Shown: positions 1-8,945 of the stretch, piece by piece
Layout of the letters: every line of letters starts with the position of its first letter
Numbering within the stretch: position 1 is the first letter of the stretch
Source of the DNA: a virus
IMG/VR virus record: IMGVR_UViG_3300022752_004829
Location: 19,359 to 83,358 of that record
Length of the DNA: 64,000 nucleotides
Reading direction: 5' to 3' (one strand)
Position numbers and translations under genes: made by a program
Notes under the pieces: generated by a model
What the model was told of the DNA's origin: nothing
Database searches by the model: none
Seen by the model: only the letters and a program-made list of their open reading frames with translations

Positions 1-2
1 TA

Positions 3-305
3 GCTTTAGGAAAACATGCAGTTATATTAAATGCTCACGCTTATAAAGATTGGGCTAATGAGAATAATTCTATTTTAATTGAGCCTAATGGTAAAATCGA
101 AGCCTATGATAATATGTTCTTTCATAAAGGCGCGCCATTTAATCAAGGTAGCATTTTTGATTTCAATGTAGATGATTTTATTAGTGGATGTGAAAAAGCA
201 ATTGAAAAAGTATCATCTAATAGACTCAATCAAGAAGGCTTAAAACTTCAAGATAAATTTAATTCTGAATCTTTTTCGAATAAAATATTATCTTATATTG
301 AGTAA
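3..305 (+). CDS. Glycosyltransferase (GT4/GT-B-like), C-terminal part, 5'-truncated by window
   Basis: The frame of ORF 114..305 is open back to position 3 (ALGKHAVILNAHAYKDW...NSILIEP), resembling the 'A.G.pvi' C-terminal segment of GT-B enzymes. Confidence 0.55.
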   Translation, partial: ALGKHAVILNAHAYKDWANENNSILIEPNGKIEAYDNMFFHKGAPFNQGSIFDFNVDDFISGCEKAIEKVSSNRLNQEGLKLQDKFNSESFSNKILSYIE

Positions 306-652
306 TGCCAATATATATCTATCAAAATCCAAAAACTGAAGAGATAATTGAATTAGTTCAATCTGTCCATGATAATCATGAATATATTGATTCGTCTGGT
401 TTAAAATGGCATAGAATATTTACTGTACCACAAGTTGGAATAGATACTAAGTTAGATGCATTTAGTACTAGTAAAGATTTTATAGAGAAAACTAAAAATA
501 AGAAAGATAATATTGGCCATTTATGGGATAGAAGTAAAGAACTCTCAGAAAAGAGAAAATCCAAATTTGGAGAAGATAAATTAAAAACTAAATACTTAGA
601 AAATTGGAGTAAAAAAAGAAAGGGTAGAAAACCACCTAATACTCTATTATGA
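305..652 (+). CDS. FmdB-like (zinc-ribbon-derived) small protein lacking the cysteines
   Basis: N-terminus MPIYIYQ....E.VQS......RIFTVP matches the FmdB 'MP.Y.Y.C...E.....R..S.P' pattern without the Cys ligands. Confidence 0.45.
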   Translation: MPIYIYQNPKTEEIIELVQSVHDNHEYIDSSGLKWHRIFTVPQVGIDTKLDAFSTSKDFIEKTKNKKDNIGHLWDRSKELSEKRKSKFGEDKLKTKYLENWSKKRKGRKPPNTLL

Positions 653-1083
653 ACTTGGATAAATATTTTTATTCAAATTATCTGTATTTAGAAAGATCTA
701 ATATTAGTGGTTATGGAGTTTTTGCTAAAAAAGATCTTGATGCGAATTCTATTATAGAATGCCCAAGATATATATTAATACCTAATTATTTTATTAAATA
801 TAAAATATATAAAATATTAAATTATATTCTTTCCCCTAGATATCAGAGGAAATTTAGTAAAGAAAACGATATATTTTATTTTAGTACCTATATATTTAAA
901 TCAAAATTCTATATAAAAAATAAAATGAATTTAATTTATTTTATACCCATAACTCAATTAGTATTTTGTAATAGTAGCAATAAACCTAATATTGAAGTTA
1001 GATATAATCCTAATTCTCAAAAAATATACTTTAAAACAATCGATATTATAACAAAAGATACAGAAATTTTACTAAAATATTAA
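649..1083 (+). CDS. SET-domain protein (putative lysine methyltransferase)
   Basis: S.I.GYGVFA.KDL motif I, FCNSSNKPN (NHS..PN variant) and C-terminal I....EILLKY (E(L/I)..DY variant). Confidence 0.7.
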   Translation: MNLDKYFYSNYLYLERSNISGYGVFAKKDLDANSIIECPRYILIPNYFIKYKIYKILNYILSPRYQRKFSKENDIFYFSTYIFKSKFYIKNKMNLIYFIPITQLVFCNSSNKPNIEVRYNPNSQKIYFKTIDIITKDTEILLKY

Positions 1084-1086
1084 TAA

Positions 1087-1602
1087 TTAAAACCATACCT
1101 CATTATGGATTAATCTGAGTATTTTAATCCAATCATCTAGATGATAAGATATTTCTTCTTTCTCTGAATTTTCAAATCCATTTTTAGCAATATTATAGTA
1201 AATGCTTTCTGATGGATAAGATCTTCTTAATTTTCTTAAATTTTTATAAAAGAATCCAAGAAAAACAGTAATTGATTTTGCAGTATCCTCATTATGCTCT
1301 AATGTAAAGAAATATTTATTTTGCAATGGAGTTTCTATTAGATCGTAGAATTTAGAACCAACTGCCTCTGATATATATTCTTTTTCTTCAAATGGGTATT
1401 TTAGATCTTTACTATATTTTATAATAGTTAGTTCTGCGAAAACTGGAAAACTAATATCAATAATACCATCTATATTTTCTTCTGACACTTTATTTAAAAT
1501 CTCTGGAAGACAATCTGGATCCTGCAGAAGTAGAAAAGTTTTCTCTGGTGATAAATTTAATTTTTTGGCAAAAAAATCTATGTCTCTTTCTGAAACCGTC
1601 AC
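1087..1602 (-). CDS. Hypothetical protein
   Basis: 171-aa ORF with GTG start, preceded by a CTGTAA motif 8 nt upstream. Confidence 0.6.
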   Translation of the reverse strand: MTVSERDIDFFAKKLNLSPEKTFLLLQDPDCLPEILNKVSEENIDGIIDISFPVFAELTIIKYSKDLKYPFEEKEYISEAVGSKFYDLIETPLQNKYFFTLEHNEDTAKSITVFLGFFYKNLRKLRRSYPSESIYYNIAKNGFENSEKEEISYHLDDWIKILRLIHNEVWF

Positions 1603-1616
1603 ATTAACTATTACAG

Positions 1617-1955
1617 TTAATTTTTATTTTTATTCATTAAATAATTTTGTATAGTCTCAAAATTACGATCTAATTTAGCTTCTATCCTATCAAAATAAGC
1701 TTCAAAAGACTCTTTAGTAACATATGTAGTACTAACTTTTAAAGCTAAATCCGCTATCTCTTGTTGATGTTTACGGCTTTCTAGTTCTACTTCTTTTCTT
1801 AAAGCTATAAAATCACTAAATGTTTTATCATTTAGATCTTTGATAAGCTTCTCTTGACGATCTGATATAGAGAATACTCTAGTAAAAAGCCATCCACCAA
1901 GAAATGATAAGGCTCCGATAACAAGGTTAAATACTGTTGTTATATCTAAATTCAC
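1617..1955 (-). CDS. Small membrane-anchored coiled-coil protein (holin/lysis-like?)
   Basis: N-terminal hydrophobic helix (VFNLVIGALSFLGGWLF) followed by a coiled-coil; the function is a guess. Confidence 0.45.
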   Translation of the reverse strand: MNLDITTVFNLVIGALSFLGGWLFTRVFSISDRQEKLIKDLNDKTFSDFIALRKEVELESRKHQQEIADLALKVSTTYVTKESFEAYFDRIEAKLDRNFETIQNYLMNKNKN

Positions 1956-1983
1956 ACATATATTTACACTTTAATATTAAATA

Positions 1984-3048
1984 TTATAGCTTAAAATCGC
2001 CAAAATCATCATCAGATATATCTGTTTTCCTTGCCCCAATTTTATATGTTGAAATTTCTGTTTCTTGTGGAGCAACTTGGACTTTGCTACTATCAAGATA
2101 GCTATCTAACCATCCAGCAATAGGATTATCTTTTTGATTAAAGATTTTCTTATATCCTAATGATCGCAAACGAGCGTCACAAAGCCACTTAGAATAACCA
2201 GCTAAAACTTCTGCGTTTAAACCTAACAAAGAACCCTTACTAAATAGATATTCAGCCCATTCAATTTCATTTTTAGCAGCTTGTTCATAAAAAGCATATA
2301 TCTTATCTTCACTCTTTTTAACTATAGAAGTAAAACCTTCTTTATCTTCTTCTTTAAGAATCTTAATTAGATTTTGAGTTGTAGCAAAATGAAGAGCTTC
2401 ATCTCTTTGAATAAATTTAATAATCTTAGCATTACCTTCCATCTTACCTCGATATCCAAAATAAAAAGAACAAGCGAATGAGACATAAAATACAAGACCT
2501 TCCATAACATTAACAGAAAGAATACAATCAAAAATCTTTTGTTTTAAATCTTTTTTATCATCATCGCCAAGGATCTTATCAAAATTATTTCTAATTAATT
2601 CTGCACGAGATACTATTTCTTTATCTTCCATAATACTATCAAAAAATTTACTAGCATCTGGATGTACGTTATTAAGTAAGTACGAATAAGAATAACTATG
2701 AATACCTTCAAATCTTTGCCAAGTATTCATGCATATTTCAAGCTCTGGATTACTGACGTAATCTTTTAAAGAATGGATACTTCTAGACAGCATACTATCT
2801 CCAAGGGTTTGGAATTTTAGATTAGTATCAAATACGAATCTTTCTTGACCAGCTAAATCTTTATAATCACTACGATCTTTATTTAGTGCTATCTCATGAG
2901 GCCACCAAAAGAATTCTTCTTGTTTCTTAAATAGTTCAAAAAATATAGGATATTTAAAACGATCATATCTTTGAAGATTAAGATCCTCTCCAAAAAATAA
3001 TGGTTGTTTCGTATGATCTATATTTTTAAGATTTAAAACGCTTTTCAT
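1984..3048 (-). CDS. nrdB: Ribonucleotide reductase class Ia beta subunit
   Basis: FWWPHEI, EGIHSYSY (radical Tyr), EGLVFYVSF, IQRDEALH diiron ligands, and VAPQETEISTY C-terminus. Confidence 0.97.
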   Translation of the reverse strand: MKSVLNLKNIDHTKQPLFFGEDLNLQRYDRFKYPIFFELFKKQEEFFWWPHEIALNKDRSDYKDLAGQERFVFDTNLKFQTLGDSMLSRSIHSLKDYVSNPELEICMNTWQRFEGIHSYSYSYLLNNVHPDASKFFDSIMEDKEIVSRAELIRNNFDKILGDDDKKDLKQKIFDCILSVNVMEGLVFYVSFACSFYFGYRGKMEGNAKIIKFIQRDEALHFATTQNLIKILKEEDKEGFTSIVKKSEDKIYAFYEQAAKNEIEWAEYLFSKGSLLGLNAEVLAGYSKWLCDARLRSLGYKKIFNQKDNPIAGWLDSYLDSSKVQVAPQETEISTYKIGARKTDISDDDFGDFKL

Positions 3049-3051
3049 AAG

Positions 3052-5313
3052 TTATAATTTACACGCTCCAGAAGAGCAATCTCGATCTTCTTTTTGATTC
3101 ATTAGTTGTTCTTTATCTCCATCGTCTGTATTATTATAATAAAGACTAATTAACCCTAAAGAATAAGCATACATAATTTCCTTCATTACTTTTGCATCTG
3201 GAAGAACATTATTTTCATAATGAGAATAGTTATAGTATACATTAGTTGATATTGCCATGTCAATATATTTTTGAATAACTGCATTTACTTTTAATAAGCC
3301 AGAGTTATCTTTGAAATTATAAGCTAATTCGTAATTATCATCATATTTTCCAACTCCAGGAACTAATACTGGTAACTTACCCATTTTACTCATTTTATAA
3401 GTAATTAAACTACGAATTGGCTCTACTCCATTGGTTGAAGATTGAATTACTGAACTACTTTCGCATGGCATACAAGATGATAAAGTTGAATGCCTTAAAC
3501 CAAATTCCTTAATATCTTTCCTTAGCTTCTCCCAGTCAAGAGATAGTTTCCTTTTACAAAATTCATCTACTTTATCTTTATAAGTATCAATAGGAAGAAT
3601 TCCTTTAGAGTATTTTGTTCTATCAAATTTTTCACACTTGCCTTTTTCTTTAGCAAGTTCTAAACTTGATTTTAAAAGATAGTATTGAAAATGTTCCATC
3701 CATTCATCAAGAACTGGAAGAGCCTTATCGGATGTATATTTTAATTCATTTTTAGCAAGATAGGCTGCTAAATTAGTTATACCTACCCCAAGACTACGAC
3801 GTTTTTTTGCAAAATTTTCAGCAGCAGTATTAAAATAATCTTGAATCTCAATAATTTCATCAAGAAATCTTACAATAAGATCGCAAGTCTTTTCAAGATC
3901 CTGCCAGTTTTTAATTTCTAGCATATTTACTGCGGAAAGAATACACATACCAATTTCACCATTTTTATCATGATAATCATTTAATGGTATTGTGGGATGA
4001 ATAACTTCTGTGCAAAGATTACTCATTGTAACTTTATCTAACCAAGCTCCATGATTATTAGCGTGATCTACATTTAGAATATAAATTCTACCAGTTTCAA
4101 CTCTTTCTTTTATAATTAAAGAAAATAGTTTACGAGCAGATACTTTTTTCTTTATCTTTAGCTTCTTCGTTTCGCATTCTTTATAGACTTTATCGAAATC
4201 TTTTGTTCCCCAAGCTTCATATAATTCTGGAACTTCTGAAGTATTGAATAGAGTAATCTCTTCATCTTTTAAAACTCTATCATAGAATAGTTTACTCATG
4301 CCAACAGTATAATCTAATTTACGGACACGATTATCATCTGTTCCTGCGTTATTTTTTAATACTACAATATCTTCAATTTCGTAGTGCCACCATTGAATAT
4401 TGCAAGTAGCACTTCCGCCACGAAGACCATTTTGTTGCCATGCCTTTACGCTACTCTCATAAATTTTAAGAAATGGAATCAATCCAGTATGAACTACTTC
4501 TCCATTTTTTATAGGAGATCCAATAGCTCTTATCTTTGATACGTCTATACCTATTCCGCACCTACTAGCTGTAGCCATACTTACGGCAGTTGCACTTGCA
4601 GTAATACTTTCTCTACTATCATCAACTCCAATCAAACAGCAACTAGCATAATTTTTACTGGGGGTTCTTACTCCAGCCATTACTGGTGTTGGGAGATTGA
4701 TTTTATGTTTGCTAATAGCATCATAAAATTTACGAACATAATTTAATCTTGTCTCTTGTGGATAGTTTATGAAAGCATAAGCTGCAATTAAAACGTAAGC
4801 GAATTGAGGAGTTTCATAAATTTTTCCTGTTACGCGATCTTTAATAAGATACTTATCGCATAATTGTTTTATTCCAGCGTATGTAAAATTATAATCTCTT
4901 TCATGATCAATAAATTCACCCATCTTATTCATTTCGTCTTCAGAGTATTTTTCTAAAATTATAGAATCATAAATTTTATTTTTTAAACCTTGATTTATAA
5001 ATTCTAATAAACGAGGAGCATGCTTACCTTTCCAAACATCTTTTCTTAGCTGATAATTCAGTAATCTTCCTGCGACATATTGATAATTTGGTTTTTCTAC
5101 AGAAATTAAATTCGCTGAAGACTCAATTAATAATTTATGTATTTCTTTTGTACTAACACCATCTGTCATATTTATCTTCGCATTGATTTCAATATCAGTC
5201 AAACTTACGTTACTCAAATCTTTCGTTGCCCAACTAATAACTCTATGAATTTTTTCTATATTAAATTTTTCAGTTGATCCATTTCTTTTTCTTACGTTTA
5301 TATTCTTACTCAT
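3052..5313 (-). CDS. nrdA: Ribonucleotide reductase class Ia alpha subunit with ATP cone
   Basis: VRKRNG ATP cone, PTPVMAG, SCCL, SNLCTE, MPCESSS, STNGVEP, LYY and C-terminal CSSGACKL; no intein or intron seen. Confidence 0.97.
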   Translation of the reverse strand: MSKNINVRKRNGSTEKFNIEKIHRVISWATKDLSNVSLTDIEINAKINMTDGVSTKEIHKLLIESSANLISVEKPNYQYVAGRLLNYQLRKDVWKGKHAPRLLEFINQGLKNKIYDSIILEKYSEDEMNKMGEFIDHERDYNFTYAGIKQLCDKYLIKDRVTGKIYETPQFAYVLIAAYAFINYPQETRLNYVRKFYDAISKHKINLPTPVMAGVRTPSKNYASCCLIGVDDSRESITASATAVSMATASRCGIGIDVSKIRAIGSPIKNGEVVHTGLIPFLKIYESSVKAWQQNGLRGGSATCNIQWWHYEIEDIVVLKNNAGTDDNRVRKLDYTVGMSKLFYDRVLKDEEITLFNTSEVPELYEAWGTKDFDKVYKECETKKLKIKKKVSARKLFSLIIKERVETGRIYILNVDHANNHGAWLDKVTMSNLCTEVIHPTIPLNDYHDKNGEIGMCILSAVNMLEIKNWQDLEKTCDLIVRFLDEIIEIQDYFNTAAENFAKKRRSLGVGITNLAAYLAKNELKYTSDKALPVLDEWMEHFQYYLLKSSLELAKEKGKCEKFDRTKYSKGILPIDTYKDKVDEFCKRKLSLDWEKLRKDIKEFGLRHSTLSSCMPCESSSVIQSSTNGVEPIRSLITYKMSKMGKLPVLVPGVGKYDDNYELAYNFKDNSGLLKVNAVIQKYIDMAISTNVYYNYSHYENNVLPDAKVMKEIMYAYSLGLISLYYNNTDDGDKEQLMNQKEDRDCSSGACKL

Positions 5314-5430
5314 ATCTTTAGTGTGAATATAAGTTTACAGTATTTTTTTAAAATATAAAAGAAAAAATATTGTGTTATTAACAAATAAATAAATCTTAAT
5401 ACATATAGGTGTACGTAATATTTATTATTA

Positions 5431-5709
5431 TCTTCCCAATGAGCTCCTGCAAAGCGAAGCTTTCCCTGTAATCAGGGTATTTAGAGCTGATTAATTCTTC
5501 TTCCCAATTGAGTCCATAAGCCTTTCGGCTTGCCTAGCACTTATCGGATGTCGGTAGGATCATCCATCGCGCGCTAGCCCTTCCACCTACACTCCCTTAA
5601 TTTCTTAAGGTTCCTCGGGTCGCAAGCTTCGTTAGCGTTGCCCGACGTTTGAATTAATCTAACTCGCTATTTATGTAAATAGCAAAACTTGTGCTTATTT
5701 GGCACTATG
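5431..5709 (-). ncRNA. Putative large structured ncRNA (or cis-regulatory leader / origin RNA) of unrecognised class
   Basis: GC-rich island in an AT-rich intergenic gap with about 10 nested stems, two GAAA tetraloops and a G-U wobble that work on the minus strand, a possible pseudoknot, and a sigma70 promoter directly upstream. Confidence 0.65.
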
Positions 5710-5715
5710 TATAGT

Positions 5716-5744
5716 ATCATACTAACTTATTTTTTATTTGTCAA
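5716..5744 (-). promoter_or_regulatory. Sigma70-type promoter driving the structured RNA / nrdAB direction
   Basis: Minus strand TTGACA (5739-5744), 17 bp spacer, TATGAT (5716-5721). Confidence 0.75.
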
Positions 5745-5765
5745 TTTTATTTTTTGTGGTATAAT
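5738..5765 (+). promoter_or_regulatory. Sigma70-type extended -10 promoter for the glycan island (overlaps the divergent promoter)
   Basis: TTGTCA (5738-5743), 16 bp spacer, TGgTATAAT (5757-5765); ATG at 5772. Confidence 0.6.
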
Positions 5766-5771
5766 ATTTAA

Positions 5772-6533
5772 ATGTTTAGTATCTATAGTTCGGCCTTTAA
5801 TCTCATTAATAATAATTTTGATTATACTGAATCTATTAATAATTTTTGTAGTTTTGCTGATGAAGTAGTAATAGCAGTAAATAAATCAGAGGATAATACA
5901 TTTGAATCGTTAAAATCATTAAATTTTCATAATTTAAAATTAATTAAAACAAACTTCTCTTATCAAGATCCGTTATTAGATGGTAAAATTAAAAATGAAG
6001 CATTACAGAATACGAAAGAAGAATTTAAGATTGGTCTTGATATGGATGAATATATTCCATTATGGCAAAAAGATATCTGGACAAATTTAGCCTATCAGTT
6101 AAGATTTGATATCTATGATTGCTATATGATACCTTCATTGAATCTCTATAAAGATAGAGACAATTATTTTTCAATAGGACATAAATGGTATTTGCACAAA
6201 GGTAATCTTTTTAGAGGAGCAGTTAATTTTGCCAAAAATAAAGACGGAACAGTTGATACCTCAAGGAGTGATACCTGTGAATTGATAGATCTAAATGGAA
6301 ATTTAGTACAATCTAAAATATTTGACAAAGATATTAATACGCTAAGATCTAAAATAGCTCCATTCGTAGTTCATAAAGGATATTTAGATTTACAGAATAG
6401 AATATTAAGAAACAAAAATTTTTGGAAACAACATTGGAAAATTGAGTCTGGAGGTTTTGAGCCAAAGCATAAAGTCCATGAATCACTGGAAGATTTTAAT
6501 GAGAACTATTATAATCATTTACTAGATATATGA
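5772..6533 (+). CDS. GT-A fold (GT2-like) glycosyltransferase
   Basis: FADEVVIAV..SED.T N-terminus and LDMDE DxD motif. Confidence 0.7.
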   Translation: MFSIYSSAFNLINNNFDYTESINNFCSFADEVVIAVNKSEDNTFESLKSLNFHNLKLIKTNFSYQDPLLDGKIKNEALQNTKEEFKIGLDMDEYIPLWQKDIWTNLAYQLRFDIYDCYMIPSLNLYKDRDNYFSIGHKWYLHKGNLFRGAVNFAKNKDGTVDTSRSDTCELIDLNGNLVQSKIFDKDINTLRSKIAPFVVHKGYLDLQNRILRNKNFWKQHWKIESGGFEPKHKVHESLEDFNENYYNHLLDI

Positions 6534-7231
6534 AGAAGTTGCCTTTATTTAACGACTCAGAAATAGAAGTAGATGATATAATTTACGATCAGATGATCGA
6601 TCAATGGTATAAGATGGAAGAGTGTATCGAAGAAGCAAAATCATCTTATAATTTTTATGATGGCGGTAACTTTTTTGATATAGGTGCTTTTAATGGCATA
6701 TATAGCTATATATTAGCCCCAAAAGCTAAAAATGATTTCTTTATCTCCTTTGAGCCAGATACAAGATTTCTGGATTTAATTAAATATGCTCTAGAAAATC
6801 TATCTAGGAAATATAGTAATATTTATCATCAACTTATTGCTACCCCAGTTGGAAACGGAGAGAATATAAGTTATAATCTACCTAATCTTGGACCAAATGG
6901 TGAAGTTGGTAATCCGTGTTTTTTTGGAGATTCAAATTCAAAAAATGGCATAAAAACCATAACAATTGATCAATACGTTAATGATACGAATATTATACCT
7001 AATATTATTAAAATTGATGTAGAGGGTGCAGAGCTTAATGTTCTTAATGGCTGTAAAGAGGTACTAACAAAATATAAACCTAAGATAATCCTTGAAATTC
7101 ATAACGATTATTTAAGAAAAAATTTTAATACCGAGCCAGTAGAAGTAATAAATTTCATAGAAAAATTTAATTATAAAGAGAATTTAAATGCAAAAAATCA
7201 AAAAGTACAAAAAATATTATATTTTGAATAA
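6530..7231 (+). CDS. FkbM-family SAM methyltransferase
   Basis: FFDIGAFNGIYS, FEPD and IKIDVEGAELNVL.G motifs. Confidence 0.9.
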   Translation: MKKLPLFNDSEIEVDDIIYDQMIDQWYKMEECIEEAKSSYNFYDGGNFFDIGAFNGIYSYILAPKAKNDFFISFEPDTRFLDLIKYALENLSRKYSNIYHQLIATPVGNGENISYNLPNLGPNGEVGNPCFFGDSNSKNGIKTITIDQYVNDTNIIPNIIKIDVEGAELNVLNGCKEVLTKYKPKIILEIHNDYLRKNFNTEPVEVINFIEKFNYKENLNAKNQKVQKILYFE

Positions 7232-8244
7232 TGAAAATAGCTTTAATAGGTAATGATTATGTTCAGCAATTTCCATTAGAAAATTATGGTGGAATTGAGA
7301 CTTGTGTTGAAAATTTAGCGCAAGGTTTATACGATAATAAAAATGATTTTTTTGTTGTTTGTCCTAAAAGAAAAAATAAGAAAGAATATCCTTTTGATAT
7401 CTATGAGACAGAAGAACAGCCTACATCAATAACGAATAAGAATAGTTCTTATTACGCCTATTCTGTAGCTAAGATTTTAAAAAACTTAGAATTTGATATA
7501 ATTTGGAGTCAAAGTAATTGGAGTATAGATCCATTATTATCATTAAAAAAACCAATTATATGTACGTTTCATGATAGTTGTGAAAAACAATATGGGTGGA
7601 TGAAAGATTTAGATAGAGTAAAATATAGATTTATTTCTAATTTTCAATACAATAACTGGGTCAAAGAAGGATGGGAAAAGCAAAAAAGTTTTATGTGTTA
7701 CACTGGTCTTTCTAATTCAGAATTTAAATTAAATAAATCTAAGAAAGATTATTTCTTATGGTGTGCTGGATTAAACTGGGGTCTAAACGCAAAAGGTTTA
7801 GATGTTTTTATAAAATTATCTGAAATTTTTAAGAATAAAAATTTTATCGCATATGGGGCAGGAAATAAACAGCTGGAAGAATATCTTTTAAATAAAAATC
7901 AAACAAATTCTAATTTTTTATTTAAAGGTAAATTAAATAGAGGAGAAGAACATGAAATAGTTTTCTCGAATGCCAAAGCTTTCTTTTTCCCAACTAGACT
8001 ACCAGAAGCATTCGGAAGAACAATTATCGAAAGCTTTTCTAAAGGAACACCTGTTTATGGATCAAGAAATGGCGCATCAGAAGAATTAATAGAAGATAAT
8101 ATAAATGGACTAAAATTTGATTTAGATAATATCAATATAAATTTAGATATTAATTTCGATTATTCCAATATATTTAATATGTCAAAAAAATTTCATATAG
8201 GAAATGAGATAGAGAAACTTTTACAAGAATCTAGAGACTTATGA
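7231..8244 (+). CDS. GT4-family glycosyltransferase
   Basis: MKIALI, P..YGGIE, KGLD and EAFGRTIIES.SKGTPV (E-x7-E). Confidence 0.88.
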   Translation: MKIALIGNDYVQQFPLENYGGIETCVENLAQGLYDNKNDFFVVCPKRKNKKEYPFDIYETEEQPTSITNKNSSYYAYSVAKILKNLEFDIIWSQSNWSIDPLLSLKKPIICTFHDSCEKQYGWMKDLDRVKYRFISNFQYNNWVKEGWEKQKSFMCYTGLSNSEFKLNKSKKDYFLWCAGLNWGLNAKGLDVFIKLSEIFKNKNFIAYGAGNKQLEEYLLNKNQTNSNFLFKGKLNRGEEHEIVFSNAKAFFFPTRLPEAFGRTIIESFSKGTPVYGSRNGASEELIEDNINGLKFDLDNININLDINFDYSNIFNMSKKFHIGNEIEKLLQESRDL

Positions 8245-8945
8245 AAATATTAGAAAATGTTACTCTTTTAACAATAATGGGCAATCCAAAGCCATCGTTC
8301 AAAGAAAACTATAATTTGATGGACAAAATAATAGATAGATCATATAGCGAGCTAAGATTTAATAGTATAAAGATACTATCCGCGCAGGATGAAGATTTTG
8401 ATTTTAAAAACAAGAATGTATCAATTATAAAAATTAATCCTATGTCACAAGCAGGATATAATGCTTTTTGCATAAATCATTTATATAAATATGTAGACAC
8501 AGACTTTGTTCTACTTTTTCAGAATGATGGGTTTATTTTAAATCCAAAACATTGGTCAGATGACTTCTTAAATTATGATTATATCGGAGCCCCATGGCCA
8601 AGTTATGAGAATTCTAGAGTAGGAAATGGAGGATTTTCTTTGAGAAGCAAAAAGTTTCTAAATGCGGTTAAAAATTTAGTTTATATAGATGGTATAGGTT
8701 TGTCTGGAGGAGAGTTTACTCCAGAAGATCATCTGCTATGTAGACATTATTATGATTACCTAATTAAATTAGGTATAAAATTTGCACCAATTGATATAGC
8801 TATTAGATTCTCTTTTGAACAAGCAATACAAGAATATCCATTTTGGAATAATGATATGTCTTTAGGATTTCATGGTTTATTTCAAAGTGGATGGGATAAT
8901 GATGAATTTAGAATTAATTTAAAAAAAGAATATAATCTATTATGA
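8241..8945 (+). CDS. DUF5672-like GT-A protein
   Basis: FQNDG, YDYIGAPW, VGNGGFSLRS, PED and GFHG motifs. Confidence 0.8.
   Translation: MKILENVTLLTIMGNPKPSFKENYNLMDKIIDRSYSELRFNSIKILSAQDEDFDFKNKNVSIIKINPMSQAGYNAFCINHLYKYVDTDFVLLFQNDGFILNPKHWSDDFLNYDYIGAPWPSYENSRVGNGGFSLRSKKFLNAVKNLVYIDGIGLSGGEFTPEDHLLCRHYYDYLIKLGIKFAPIDIAIRFSFEQAIQEYPFWNNDMSLGFHGLFQSGWDNDEFRINLKKEYNLL

Noticed and set aside
5398-5412. NrdR-box-like sequence (ACATATAGGTGT) upstream of nrdA
   Set aside because: It needs an insertion to fit the consensus and occurs as a single copy in AT-rich DNA.
5431-5709. Cobalamin riboswitch upstream of nrdAB (AAGGGAG..GGUGGAA and GGGAAG resemble parts of it); also RNase P, tmRNA or group I/II intron
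   Set aside because: No P4 T-loop closure (UCC), ACUGUA or B12 box; no GAGGAAAGUCC, tRNA-like ends, P7 core or domain V recognisable. Kept as unclassified.
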